Assembly: GCF_009914755.1 (NCBI RefSeq)
Contig: NC_060925.1
DNA: 64,000 bases
Strand: one strand, 5' to 3'
DNA from: the human T2T-CHM13v2.0 reference genome, Homo sapiens
Shown here: in pieces, positions 38,521 to 55,400 of the stretch
Layout of the letters: each line of letters begins with the position of its first letter
Numbering within the stretch: the first letter of the stretch is position 1
Position numbers and translations under genes: made by a program
Notes under the pieces: generated by a model
Seen by the model: only the letters and a program-made list of their open reading frames with translations
What the model was told of the DNA's origin: nothing
Databases searched by the model: none

Positions 38521-41500
38521 TGACATATCTCTGAACTGATCAACAAAGTGATGTAACTCTTGTCTAGTCTCTGCCTACAGGGGCTTGTGACATATCCCTG
38601 CAGTGATCACCAAGGTGATGGGACTTTTGTCTAAGTTCTGCCTATGGGGGCATTGTGACATATCTCAACACTGATCACCCAGGTGATGTAGCTCTTTTGG
38701 TGGATCTGACTATGGGGGCTTTGTGACATATTTCTGCACTGATCACCCAGGTGATGCGACTCTTGTCTAGGCTCTGTGTATGGGGGCTTTGTGACATATC
38801 TCTGCACTGATCACCCAGGTGATGTAACGCTTGACTAGGCTCTGCCTACGGGGCATAGTGACATATCACTGCATTGATCATCGAGGTGATGTAACTCTTA
38901 TCCAGGCTCTGCCTATAGGGGTCCTTGTGACATATCTCTGCACTGATCATCTAGGTGATGTAACCCTTGCTTACGCTCTGCCTGCAGGGGCATTGTGAAA
39001 TATCTCTGCACTGATCACCCAGGTGATGGGACTCTTCTCTAGGCTCTGCCTACTGGGGGCATTGTCACATATTTCTGCACTGATCACCCAGGTGATGGAC
39101 TCTTGTCGTGGATCTGCCTATGGGGGCATTGTGACATATGTCTGCACAGATCAACCAGGTGATGTAACTGTTGTATAAGCTCTGCCTTCAGGGGAATTGT
39201 GAGACATCTCGCCACTGACCACCCAAGTTATGTAAATATTGTCTAGGCTTTGCCTACATGGGGCTTTGTGACATAACTTTGCCGTGATCATCCAGGTGAC
39301 GTAACTCATCTAAGTTCTGCCTACAGGAGCTTTGTGACATATCTCTGCACTGATCATTTAGGAGATGTAACATTTTTATAATCAGTGCCTACAGGGAATT
39401 TTGACAAATCTCCGCAATGATCACCTAGGTGATGTAACTCTTGTCTACCCTCTGCCCAAAGGGGGTATTGTGAAATATCTCTGCACTGATCACCCAGGTG
39501 ATTCAACTCTTATCTAGGATCTGCCTACAGGGGGTATTGTGAAATATCTCTGCACTGATCAACTAGGTGATGTAACACTTGTCTAGGCTCTGCCTACAGC
39601 GGCGTTTTCACATATCCCTGAACTGATGACAAAGGTAATGTAACTCTTGCCTAGGCTTTGCCTACAGGGGACATTGTGACATATCTCTGCACTGATCACC
39701 CAGGTGATGCAACTCTTCTCTATGCTCTGCCTACAGGGGACATTGTGACATATCTCTGCACTGATCACCCAGGTGATGCAACTCTTCTCTATGCTCTGCC
39801 TACTGGGGGCATTGTGATATATCTCTGCACTGATCACCCAGGTGATGTAACTGTTTTCTAGTCTCTGCCTACAGAGGACGTTGTGACATCACTCTGCACG
39901 GATCACCCTGGTTATGTAACTCTTGTCTAGGCACTGCCTACGGTGACATTGTGACTTATCTCTGCACTGATCACCCAGGAGATGTGACTCTTCTCTTAGC
40001 TCTGCCTAGAGGGACATTGGGACATATCTCTGCACTGATTGCTGAGGTGATGTAAAACTTGTCTAGGCTTTGCCTACAGAGGGATTTATGACATATCTCT
40101 GCACTGATCACTCAGGTGATGTAACCCTTGTCTAGGCTCTGCTTACAGGGGGTATTGTCAGATATCTCTGCACTGATCACCCACGTGATGAAACTCTTGT
40201 CTAGGTTCTGCCTACAGGGGTATTTTCACATATCAGCGCACTGATCACCGAGATGATGTATCTCTTGTATAGGCTTCAACGACAGGGGGCATTGAGACAT
40301 AACTCTGCACTGATCACCGAGGTGATGCAACTCTTTTCTGGGATCTGCTTACTGGGGGCATTGTTACATATCTCTGCCCTGATCACCCAGGTGATGTAAA
40401 TCTTGTGTAGGCTCTGCCTACTGGAGACATTGTGACATATATCCGCCCTGATCACCCAAGTGATGTCACATTTGTCAAGGATATGGCTACAGGGACATTG
40501 TGACATGTCACTCCACTGATCACACAGCTGACGTAACTCTTGTCTAGGCTCTGGCTACAGGGGGCTTGTGACACATCTCTGCACTGATCATCCAGGTGAT
40601 GTAACAATTTTCTGGCTCTGCCAAAATGGGGCATTGTGACATAATTCTGCACAGATCACCCAGGTGATGGGACCCTTGTCTAGGCTCTGCCTACATTGGC
40701 ATTGTGACATATCTCTGCAGTGATCACTCAGGTGATGTAACTCTTGTCTATATCTGCCTACTGGCGGCATTATGGCATATTTCTGCACTGATCACTCAGA
40801 TGATGGACGCTTGTCTTAGATCTGCCTATAGGGGCATAGTGACATATCTCTGGACTGATCACTCATGTGATGTAACACTTGTCTAAGCTGTGCCTAAAGG
40901 GGAATTGAGACAGATATCTCCCTGATCATCCAGGTGATGTAACAATTTTCTGAGACTTGTCTACATGGGGCTTTGTGAAATATCTTTGCACTGATAACCC
41001 AGGAGTTGTAACTCTTTTCTACGGTCGGCCTACAGCAGCTTTGTGACATATTTCTGCACTGATCACCCAGGAGATGTAACTGTTGTTTAGGCTATGCCTA
41101 CAGGGGCTTTGTGACATATGTCTGTACTGATCACCCAGGTGATGTAACTCACGTCTAGGCTCCACCTACAGGGGGTATTGTGACATATCTCTGCACTGAT
41201 CACCCAGGTGATGTAACTCTTGTCTAGGCTCAACCTACAGGGTGTATTGTGACGTATCTCCGCACTGATCACCAAGGTGATGTAACAGTTATCTAGGCTC
41301 TGCCTATAGGGGCCTTTTGACATAGCTCTGCACACATCAGCTAGGTTATTTAACTCTTGTCCACTCTCTGCCTACAGGGGGCATTGTGAAATATCTCTGC
41401 ACTGATCACCTAGGTGATAGGACTCTTCTCTATACTCTGCCTGCAGGGAGATTTGTGACATATCTCTGCACTGATCACCCAGGTGATGGAAGTCTTGTCT

Positions 41501-42676
41501 AGGCTCTGTCTATGGGGGCATTGTGTCAAATATCTGCACCAATCACCCAGGTGATGTAAGTCTTTTCTAGGCCCTGTCTACAGGGATTTTTGTGACATAA
41601 CACTACACTGATCACCTAGATGATGTAAGCCTTGTATGGGCTTTGCTTACAGAAGGCTTTGTGACATATCTATGCAATGATCTCTGAGTTGATGCAACTC
41701 TTGTCTAAGCACTGCCTACAGGGGACATTGGTACATATCTCTGCACTGATCACCCAGGTGATGGACTCTTGTCTATATATCTGCCTACATTGACATTGTG
41801 ACACATCTCTGAACTGATCAACCAAGTGATGAAACTCTTGTCTAGGCTCTACCTACAAGGGTTTTGTGGGACACCACTGCACTGATCACCCTGGGGAGGG
41901 AACTCTTGTCCACTCTCTGCCTACAGGAGGCTCTTTGACTTATACCTGCACTGATAACCTAGGTGATGTAACACTTGTCTAGGCTCTGCCTATACGGGAA
42001 TTCTCACATGTCTCTGCTCTGATCACCCAGGTGATGTAACTCCTGTCTAGGTTCAGCCTACAGGAGCGTTTGACATATCTCTGCATTGATCACCCAGTTG
42101 AAGTAACCCTTCTCTAAGCTCTGCCTACTGGGGCATTGTGACAGATCTCTCCACTGCTCTCCCAGGTGATGTAACAATTGTCTGGGGTTTGCCTACAGGG
42201 GGCTTTGTGATATACATTTCCACTGATTAAACAGGTGATGTAACCCTTTTCAAGGTTCTGCTTACAGGGGCTTTGTGACATATCTCTGCACTGATCAACC
42301 CAGGGAGGAAACACTTGTCTACACTCTGCCTACAGGAGGCTTTACGACTTATCCTTGCACTGATCACTACGTGATGTAACACTTGTCTAGGCTCTGTCTA
42401 CACGGGAATTTTCACATATCTCTACACTGACCACCTAAGAGATGTAACCCTTGTCTAGGTTCAGCCTACTGGGGATTTCTGACATACCTCTGCACTGATC
42501 ACCGAGGTGATGTAAATCATATCTAGGCTTTTTGTACAGGGGACATTGTGATAGATCTCTGCACTGATCACCCAAATGATGCAAATCTTCTCTAGGCTCC
42601 GCAGGGAGGGGGTATTGTGACATATTTCTGAACTGATCATCCAAGCGATGTAACTATTCTCCAGGCTTTCTCTAAA
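38521..42676 (-). repeat. Beta satellite block 6
   Basis: Tandem 68-bp monomers. Confidence 0.97.
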
Positions 42677-43379
42677 GAGCGTCGGAAGGTGTTGGGAGAG
42701 CCTCAGCCTGAATTTCAAGGACGGACAACCGCACAGATAGGCCAGCGGGCTCCCTTGCACGTCTGCCAGGGTGCGCAATGAACGCAGGTCTAGCCAGGAG
42801 TCTGGCAAAGAGAGCTAGATGTTTGCGTTCCGCCGCCAGGCGCTCCATGGTGGCAGCTGGGAGGCTGCAGGGTCACGGGGGGCCCGGCGATGGTGGCGTG
42901 GAGGCGCAGAGGAGGCGAGCCGCCAGAGGGGTGTCAGGCCTGGATGCTGCACAGGCCCGGTGTTTCGCGGGACGGGGGACTCCACCCAGCCCAGGGGAGG
43001 ATGCATTTTCCGGGAGTAGTGGGTGGGGGTGGTGAGGGGGTGGTCAGGCGGGGGTGGGTTGGTGGAAAAGCATGAGAGCTTTGCCCGGCTGCTCCCACAT
43101 CTCAAGCGGCTGCCCGCAAACCCGCGCGTGAGCAGTTGGGGGCCCAACTGCTGGTAACTCAGCCGGCTCTGGGATTCCCGGGAAGCCCAGGAAACAATGG
43201 CAGCTCTCCGCTGAGTGGAGCCTCTCACCGGGCTTAGACCTTTAAGGCAGGAATCCCAGGCCGGTCAGCCCGGTGGATTGGGCCGGGGGAAGACACGCCC
43301 CTCCATAGCCAGCCAGGTGTTCCCCGCGAAAGAGAGGCCACCGCCCTGCCCCGACCGGACCCCGTACCAACCACGAGTC

Positions 43380-44836
<1,457 letters not shown>

Positions 44837-45443
44837 CCCTGGGACTGCCCGCCCCACTCTGGAAGGGTCCCAGGGCATCGAGGATTGCGGCGGGGGGTAG
44901 TGGGGTTGATGGGTAGGGCGTGGTGATGGTGGTGTTGGGGCCGGAGAGACGAAGAGGAAAGGGGCGAGGGGGAAGGGGTGAGGTGGGCGGGTTTCAGGGG
45001 CTGGCAATCTGGACCTCTCCAGGAATCCCGTGGGAACTGGCAGCCGCTCTCTGGGCTCCCATGCCTCTTCGGCAGTAAGAAACCGGCCTGGGAGGGTGGA
45101 AGGGAGTGTGGAACTGAACCTCCGTGGGAGTCTTGTGTGTTCCAGGCCCTCCCTCCGTGAAGGAGGCACTGCCTGTGGGTGTCGCCGTTGCCGGGACAGC
45201 CTCACAAAGGCAGGTGTGTGGCTCTCATTCATTTCCACCTAGGAGACCAGAGCGAGACCCCAGAGAGAAGATGCCTCCGCGGCGTGATGGCGTGACGATG
45301 GATTCCCGTGTGCTGCAACATGGGTAGTCTGCAGTGAGGCCGGTTTGGAAACTGCCAAGGAGAGGGAAGGCACCATACCGGTCTTCCACACTTCCCTGCA
45401 TGTTTCCGGGTGCCCGCAGTGCTCCGGGAGCAAACAGTCAGCA

Positions 45444-48400
45444 TAACACATCTCTGAACTGATCAACAAAGTGATGTAACTCTTGTCTAGCCTCTGCCTA
45501 CAGGGGCTTTGTGACATATCTCTGCACTGATCACCCAGGTGATGGGAGTTGTGTCTAGGCTCTGCCTATGGGGGCATTGTGACATATCTCTACACTGACC
45601 ACCCAGGTGATGTAACTCTTGTATTGGATCTGCCTATGGGGGTATTGTGACATATTTCTGCACTGATCACCCAGGTGAATGGACTCTTGTCTAGGCTCTG
45701 TGTATGGGGGCTTTGTGACATATCTCTGCACTGATCACCCAGGTGATGTAACGCTTGACTAGGCTCTGCCTACAGGGCATAGTGACATCTCACTGCATTG
45801 ATCACCGAGGTGATATAACTGTTGTCCAGGCTCTGCCTATAGGGGGCCTTGTGACATATCTCTGCACTGATCATCTTGGTGATGTAACTCTTGCTTACGC
45901 TCTGCCTGCAGGGGCATTGTGAAATATCTCTGCACTGATCACCCAGGTGATTGGACTCTTCCCTAGGCTCTGCCTACTGGGGGCATTGTCACATATTTCT
46001 GCACTGATCACCCAGGTGATGGACTCTCATCTTGGATTTGCCTATGGGGGAATTTTGATATATCTCTGCACTGATCACCCAGGTGATGTAACTCTGATGT
46101 AAGCTCTGCCTAAAGGGGCATCGTGACAGATCTCTGCACTAATCACTCAAGAGATGTAACTATTGTGTCCGCTCTGCTTAAAGGGGCCTTGTCACATATC
46201 TCTGCACTGATCACCCAGGTGATGTAACTCTTGTCTAGGCTCTGCTTACAGGGGGTATTGTGAGATATCTCTGCACTGATCACCTAAGTGATGTAACATT
46301 TGTGTAGGCTCTGCCTACAGGGGCATTTTGACATATCTCTGCACTGTTAACCAAGGTGATGTAACACTTCTCTAGGTTGTGCCCACAGGGGGATTGAGAC
46401 ATATCTCTGCATTGATCCCGAAGTGATCCAACTGTTGCCTGGTCTCTGCCTAGTGGGGACATTGTGATATATCTCTGCACTGATCTCCCAGGTGCTGTAA
46501 CTTTAGTGTAGGCTCTGGCTACACGGCATTGTGACATATCACTGCACTGATCACCCAGGTGATATAACTCTTGTCCAGGCTCTGCCTACAGGGGCTTGTG
46601 ACATATCTCTGCACTGATCACCCAGGTGATATAACTCTTCTCTAGGATCTGCCTACAGGGTGCTTTGTGACCTATCCCTGCAATGATCACCCAGGTGATA
46701 TACCACTTGTCAAGGGTCTGCCTACAGGGACATTGCGATGTATCTCTGCACTGATCACCTAGGTCATGTAACTCTTGTCTAGGCTCTGCCTACAGTGGCA
46801 TTGTGACATATCTCTGCACTGATCATCCAAGTGATGTAAATCTTGTCTAGGATCTGCCTAAAGGGACTTTGTGACATAACTCTGCACTGATCTTCCAAGT
46901 GATGGGGCTTTTGTCTAGGCTCTGCCTAAGGGGGCATTGTGACATATATCTGCACTGATCACCCAGGTGATATAACGGTTGTATAATCTCTGCCTACAGG
47001 GGAATTGTGAGAGATCTCGCCACTGATCCCCCAAGTGATGTAACTATTGTCTAGGCTTTGCCTAGAAGGGACTTTGTGACATAGCATTGCAATGATCACC
47101 CAGGTGATGTAACTCATCTAACTTCTACCTACAGGAGCTTTGTGACATATCTCTGCACTGATCACTTAGGTGATGTAACACTTTTATAAGCCGTGCCTAC
47201 AGGGAATTTTGACAAATCTCTGCACTGATCACCTAGGTGATGTAACTCTTGTCTACCCTCTGCCCAAAGGGGGCATTGTGAAATATCTCTGCACTGATCA
47301 ACTAGGTGAAGTAACTCTTGTCTAGGCTCTGCCTACATGGGCATTTTCACATATCCCTGAACTGATGACAAAGGTGATGTAACTCTTGCATAGGCTTTAT
47401 CTACAGGGAACATTTTGACATATCTCTGCACTGATCACCCAGGTGATGCAACTCTTCTCTATGCTCTGCTAATAGGGGGCATTGTGACATATCTCTGCAC
47501 TGATCACCCAAGTGATGTAACTCTTGACTAGGCTCGGCCTACTGGAGACATCGTGACATATCTCCACACTGATCACCCAGGTGATGTCACTTTTGTCAAG
47601 AATATGGCTACAGGGACATCGTGACATGTCACTGCACTGATCACACAGCTGATGTAAAACTTGTCTAGGCTCTGGCTACAGGGGGTTTGTGACACATCTC
47701 TGCACTGATCACCCAGGTGATGTATCCCCTCTCTAGGATCTGCCAAAAGGGGGCATTGTGATATAACTCTGCACTGATCACCCAGGTGATGGGACTCTAG
47801 ACTATGCTCTGGCTACAGGGGCTTTGTGACATTTCTCTGCAGTAATCACGCAGGTGATGTAACTCTTGTCTATATCTGCCTACTGGCGGCATTGTGGCAT
47901 ATTTCTGCCCTGATCACCCAGGTGATGGACTCTTGTCTTGGATCTGCCTTTGGGGGCATAGTGACATTTCTCTGCACTGATCACTCATGTGATGTAACGC
48001 TTGTGTAAGCTGCGCCTAAAGGGGAATTGTGACAGATATCTCCACTGATCACCCAGGTGATGTAACAATTTTCTGGGATTTGTCTACAGGGGTCTTTGTG
48101 ACATACCTTGGCACTGATCACCCAGGAGATGTAACTCTTGTCTAGTCTCAGCCTACAGGGGCTTTGTGACATATTTGTTTACTGATCACCCAGGTGATGT
48201 AACTATTGTCTAGGCTCCACTTACAGGGGGTATTGTGGCGTATCTCTGCACTGATGACCCAGGTGATGTAACATTTATCTAGGCTCTGCCTACAGGGGCG
48301 TTTTGACATAGCTCTGCACAGATCGCCAAGGTTATGTAACTCTTGTCCACTCTCTGCCTACATAGGGAATTATGAAATATCTCTGCACTGATCACCCCGG

Positions 48401-49647
48401 TGATGGGACTCTTCTCTGTACTCTGCCTAGAGGGCGATTTGTGACATATCTCTGCACTGATCACCCAGGTGATGGAAGTCTTGTCTAGGCTCTGTCTATG
48501 GGGGCATTGTGTCAAATATCTGCACTGATCACCCAGGTGATGTAACTCTTTTCTAGGCTCTGTCTACAGGGATTTTTGTGACATATCACTGCACTGATCA
48601 CCTAGGCAATGTAAGCCTTGTATGGGCTTTCCCTACAGAAGGCTTTGTGACTTATCTATGCACTGATCTCTGAGGTGATGCAACTCTTGTCTAGGCACTG
48701 CCTACAGGGGACATTGGTACATATCACTGCACTGATCACCCAGGTGATGGACCCTTGTCTTAGATCTGCCATCATGGGCATTGTGTCACATCTCTGAACT
48801 GATCAACCAAGTGATGGAACTCTTGTCTAGGCTCTGCCTTCAGGGGCTTTGTGACACATCTCTGCACTGATCACCCTGCGGAGGGAACTCTTGTCTACTT
48901 CCTGCCTACAGGAGGCTTTTTGACTTATATCTGCACTGATAACCTAGGTGATGTAACACTTGTCTAGGCTCTGCCTACACGGGGATTCTCACGTATCTCT
49001 GCACTGAACACCCAGGTGATGTAACTCCTGTCTAGGTTCAGCCTACAGGAGCGTTTTCACATATCTCTGCACTGATCACCCTTGTCTCAGCTCTGCCTAC
49101 AGGGGCATTGTGACTGATCTCTCCACTGCTCACCCAGGTGATGTATCAATTGTCAGGGCTTTGCCTACAGGGGTCTTTGTGATGTATATTTCCACTCTTC
49201 AAACAGGTGATGTAACCTTTGTCAATGTTCTGCTTACAGGGGCTTTGTGACATAGCTCTGCACTGATCACCCCAGGGGGGAAACACTTGTCTACACTCTG
49301 CTTACCGGAGGCTTTACGACTTATCCCTGCATGATCACTAGGTGATGTAACACTTGTCTAGGCTCTGTCTGCATGGGAATTTTCACATATCTCTACACTG
49401 ATCACCTAAGTGATGTACCCATTGTCTAGGTTCAGCCTACTGGGGATTTCTGACATAAATATCCACTGATCACTGAGGTGATGTAAATCATTTCCAGGCT
49501 TTTTGTACAGGGGACATTGTGAAATATCTCTGCACTGATCACCCAAATGATGCAAATCTTCTCTAGGCTCCACAGGGAGGGGGCATTGTGACAAACTTCT
49601 GAACTGATCATCCAGGAGATGTAACTATTCTCTAGGCTGTGACTAAA
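45444..49647 (-). repeat. Beta satellite block 7
   Basis: Tandem 68-bp monomers. Confidence 0.97.
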
Positions 49648-50351
49648 GAGTGTTGCAAGGTGTTGGGAGAGCCTCAGCCAGAATTTCACGGACGGACAAG
49701 GACACAGAGAGGTCAGCGGGCTCCCTTGCACATCAGCTGGCGTGCGCAATGACCGCAGGTCTACCCAGGAGGCCGGCAAAGAGAGCTAGAAGTCTGCTTT
49801 CTGCCGCCAGGTGCTCCATGGTGGCAGCTGGGAGGCTGCAGGGGTACGGGCGGGCCGGCGACTGTGGGGCGGAGGTGCAGAGGAGGCGAGCCGCCGGAAG
49901 GGTGTCAGGCCTGGACGCTGTGCAGGAACAGGATTTCGTTGGACGGGGGTCTCCACCCAGCCCAGGGGAGGACGCATTTTCTGGGGGTGGTCATTGGTTG
50001 TGTGGAGGGGGTGGTCAGGTTGGGGTGAGATGGTGGAAAAGCATGAGAGCTCCGCCCGGGCTGCTCCCACAGCCCAGGTGGCTGCCCACAAACCCGTGCA
50101 TGCACAGTAGGTGGCCCACCTGCTGGTACCTGGGCTGGCTCTGGGATCCCCGGGATGCCCAGGAAAGAATGGCAATTCTCCGCTATGTGGAGTCTCTCAC
50201 CGGTCCTAGACCTAGAAGGCAGGAATACCAGGCCTGTCAGCCCAGTGGAGGTTGTGGGGGGAAGACAAACCCCTCCATAGCCAGCCAGGTGTTCCCCGTG
50301 AAAGAGAGGTCACCGCCCTGCCCCGACCCGACCCCGTCCCCACCCCACGTC

Positions 50352-51619
<1,268 letters not shown>

Positions 51620-51755
51620 CGCGGGGAACCCTGGCTGGAATTGCACGGACGCACACGGTCAGAGAGAGGCTGGCGGGCTTCCGTGCACCTCAGTCGGACT
51701 GTGCACTGTGGCAGGTGTAGCCAGGAGGCCTGCCCGGACAGCCAGACAGCGGCTC

Positions 51756-51807
51756 TTATAAAGACCCTCAGGCAGGCAGGCTCCACCCCTTCATGAATGG
51801 CGGTGAG
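51756..51807 (-). promoter_or_regulatory. TATAA box (51756-51760) and perfect 27-bp DBE (51781-51807)
   Basis: Plus strand reads ctccaccccttcatgaatggcggtgag. Confidence 0.85.
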
Positions 51808-52415
51808 CCCTGGGACAGCCCGCCCCACCCCAGGAGGGTACCAGGGCGTCGAGGCCTGCGACCGGGGGGTGGCGTGGTGGGGGGAGAGGGCGTGGTGCTG
51901 GTGGTGGCGGGGCCAGAGGGACGAAGAGGAAGGGGGCGAGGGGAAAAGGGTGAGGGGGGCGCGTTTCCGGGGCTGGCTCTCCTGACCTCTCCAGGAATCC
52001 CACGGGAACTGGAAGCCACTATCTGGGCTCCCACGCATCTTCAGCAGGGAGAAACTGGCCTGGGAGAGTGGAGGGAAGTGTGGAACTGAACCTCCGTGGG
52101 AGTCTTGAGAGTTTCAGGCCCTCTCTTTGTGAAGGAGGCAGTGCCTTTGGGTGTCGCCATTGCCGGGACAGTCTCACACAGGCAGGCGTGTGGCTCTCGT
52201 TCATTTCCAGGTAGGACACCAGAGCGAGACCCCAGAGAGAAGATGCCTCCCCGGCATGTTGGCCTGTAGATGGATTCCCGTGTGTGGCAACATGGGGTGT
52301 CTGCAGTGTGGCCGGTTTGGAAACTGGCAAGGAGAGCGAAGGCACCATGCCGGTCTTCTACCATTCCCTGCATGTTTCCGGGTGCCCGCAGAGGTCCGGG
52401 AGCAAAGAGTCAGCA

Positions 52416-55400
52416 TGACACATCTCTGAACTGATCAACAAACTGATGTAACTCTTGTTTAGGCTCTGCCTACAGGGGGTTTGTGACATATCTCTGCTTT
52501 TATCACCCAGGTGATGGGACTTTTGTCTAGGCTCTGCTGATGGGGGCATTGTGACATATCTCTACCCTGATCACCCAGGTGATGTTACTCTTGTGTTGGA
52601 TCTGCCTATTGGGGCATTGTGACATATTACTGCACTGATCACCCAGGTGATGAGGCTCTTGTCTAGGCTCTGTGTATGGGGGCTTTGTGACATATCTCAG
52701 CACTGATCACCCAGGTGATGTAACGCTTGACTAGGCTCTACCTATGGGGCATAGAGACATATCACTGCATGGATCACCGAGGTGATGTAACTCTTGTCCA
52801 GACTCTGCCTATAGGGGACATTGTGACATATCTCTGCACTGATCATCTAGGTGATGTACTCTTGCTTACGCTCTGCCTGCAGGGGCATTGTGAAATATCT
52901 ATGCAATGATAACCCAGGTGATGGGACTCTACTCTAGACTCTGCCTACTGGGGGCATTGTCACATAATTCTGCATTGATCACCCAGGTGACGGACTCTTG
53001 TCTTGGATTTTCCTATGGGGGCATTGTGACATATCTCTGCACTGATCACCCAGGTGATGTAACTCTGGTCTCAGCTCTGCCTAAAGGGGCATTGTGACAG
53101 ATCTCTGCAGTGATCAATCAGGTGATGTAACAATTGTCTAGGCTCTGCTTAAAGGGGTCTTGTCATATATCTCTGCACTGATCACCCAGGTGATGTAACT
53201 CTTGTCTAGGCTCTGCTTGCAGGGGACATTGTGACATATCTCTGCACTGATCACCTAAGTGATGTAACACTTGTGTATGCTCTGCCTACAGGGGCATTTT
53301 GACATATCTCTGCACTGTTAACCGAGGTGATGTAACTCTTGTCTAGGCTGTGTCCACAGGGGGATTGAGACATATCCCTGCACTGATCCCTAGGTGATCC
53401 AACTCTTGCCTGGTCTCTGCCTACTGGGGAGATTGTGACATATCTCTGAACTGATCTCCCAAGAGCTGTAACTTTAGTCTAGGCTCTGGCTACACGACAT
53501 CCTGACATATCACTGCCCTGATCACCCAGGTGATATAACTCTTGTCCAGGCTCTGCCTACAGGGTTCTTGTGACATATCTCTGCACTGATCACACAGGTG
53601 ATATAACTCTTCTCTAGGATCTGCCTACAGGGTGCTTTGTGACATATCCCTGCAATGATCACCAGGCTGATATACTACTTGTCAAGGCTCTGCCTACAGG
53701 GGCATTGCGATGTATCTCTGCACTGATCACCTAGGTCAAGTAACCCTTGCCTAGGCTCTACCTAAAGTGGCATTTTGACATATGTCTGCACTGATCACCC
53801 AGGTGATGTAACTGTTGTTTAGGATCTGCCTACTGGAGACATTGTGACATATCTCCGCATTGATCACCCAAGTGATGTCACTTTTCTCAAGGATATGGCT
53901 ACAGGGATAATGTCACATGTCACTGCAGTGATCACACAGCTGATGTAACACGTGCCTAGGCTCTCGCTACAGGGGGCTTGTGGCACATCTCTGCACTGAT
54001 CACCCATGTGATGTAACCCTTGTCTAGGCTCTGCCAAAAGGGGGCATTGTGACATAACTCTGCACTGATCACCCATGTGATGGGACCCTTGTGTAGGCTC
54101 TGCCTAAAGGAGCATTGTGACATATCTCTGCAGTGATAACGCAGGTGATGTAACTCTTGTCTATATCTGCCTACTGGCGGCATTGTGGCATATTTCTGCC
54201 CTGATCACCCAGCTGATGTACTCTCATCTTGGATCTGCCTTTGGGGGCATAGTGACATATCTCTGCACTGATCACTCATGTGATTTAACGCTTGTGTAAA
54301 CTGGGCCTGAAAGGGAATTGTGACAGATATCTACACTGATCACCCAGGTGATGTAACAATTTTCTGGGATTTGTCTACAGAGGGCTATGTGACATATCCT
54401 GGCGCTGATCACCCAGGAGATGTAACTCTTGTCTAGGCTCGGCCTACAGGGGTTTTGTGACATATTTCTGTAGTGATCACCCAGGTGATATAACTCTCGT
54501 CTAGGCTCCACCTACAGGGGCTATTGTGATGTATCTCTAAAATGATCACCCAGGTGATGTAACTCTTGTCTAGGCTCCACCTGCAGGGAGTATTGTGACG
54601 TATCTCTGCACTGATCACCCAGGTGATGTAACATTTATCTAGGCTCTGCCTACAGGGGTGTTTTGACATAGCTCTGCACAGATCACCTAGGTTATGTAAC
54701 TCTTGTCCACTCTCTGCCTACTGGGGACATTGTGAAAAATATCTGCAATGATTACCCAGGTGATGGGACTCTTCTCTATACTCTGCCTAGAGGGGGATTT
54801 GTGACATATCTCTGCACTGATCACCCAGTGATGGAAGTCTTGTCTAGGCTCTGTCTTCAGGGATTTTTGTGACATATGACTGCACTGATCACCTAGGAGA
54901 TGTAAGCCTTGTATGGGCTTTGCCTACAGAAGGCTTTGTGACTTATCTATGCACTGATCTCTGAGGTGATGCAACTCTTGACTAGGCACTGCCTACAGGG
55001 GACATTTGTACATATGTCTGCACTGATCACCCAGGTGATGGACCCTTGTCTTAGATCTGCCTACATGGACATTGTGACAAATCTCAGAACTGATCAACCA
55101 AGTGATGAAACTCTTTTCTAGGCTCTGCCTACAGGGGCCTTGTGACACATCACTGCACTGATCACCCTCGGGAGGAAACTTTTTTCTATGCTCTGCCTAC
55201 AGGAGGCTTTATGACTTATACCTGCACTGCTAACCTAGGTGATGTAACACTTGTCTAGGCTCTGCCTTCACGGGAATTCACACATATCTCTGCACTGATC
55301 ACCCAGATGATGTAACTCTGGTCTAGGTTCTGTTACAAGGAGTATTGTGACATATCTCTGCACTGATCACCTAAGTGATGTAACACACTTGTGTAGGCTC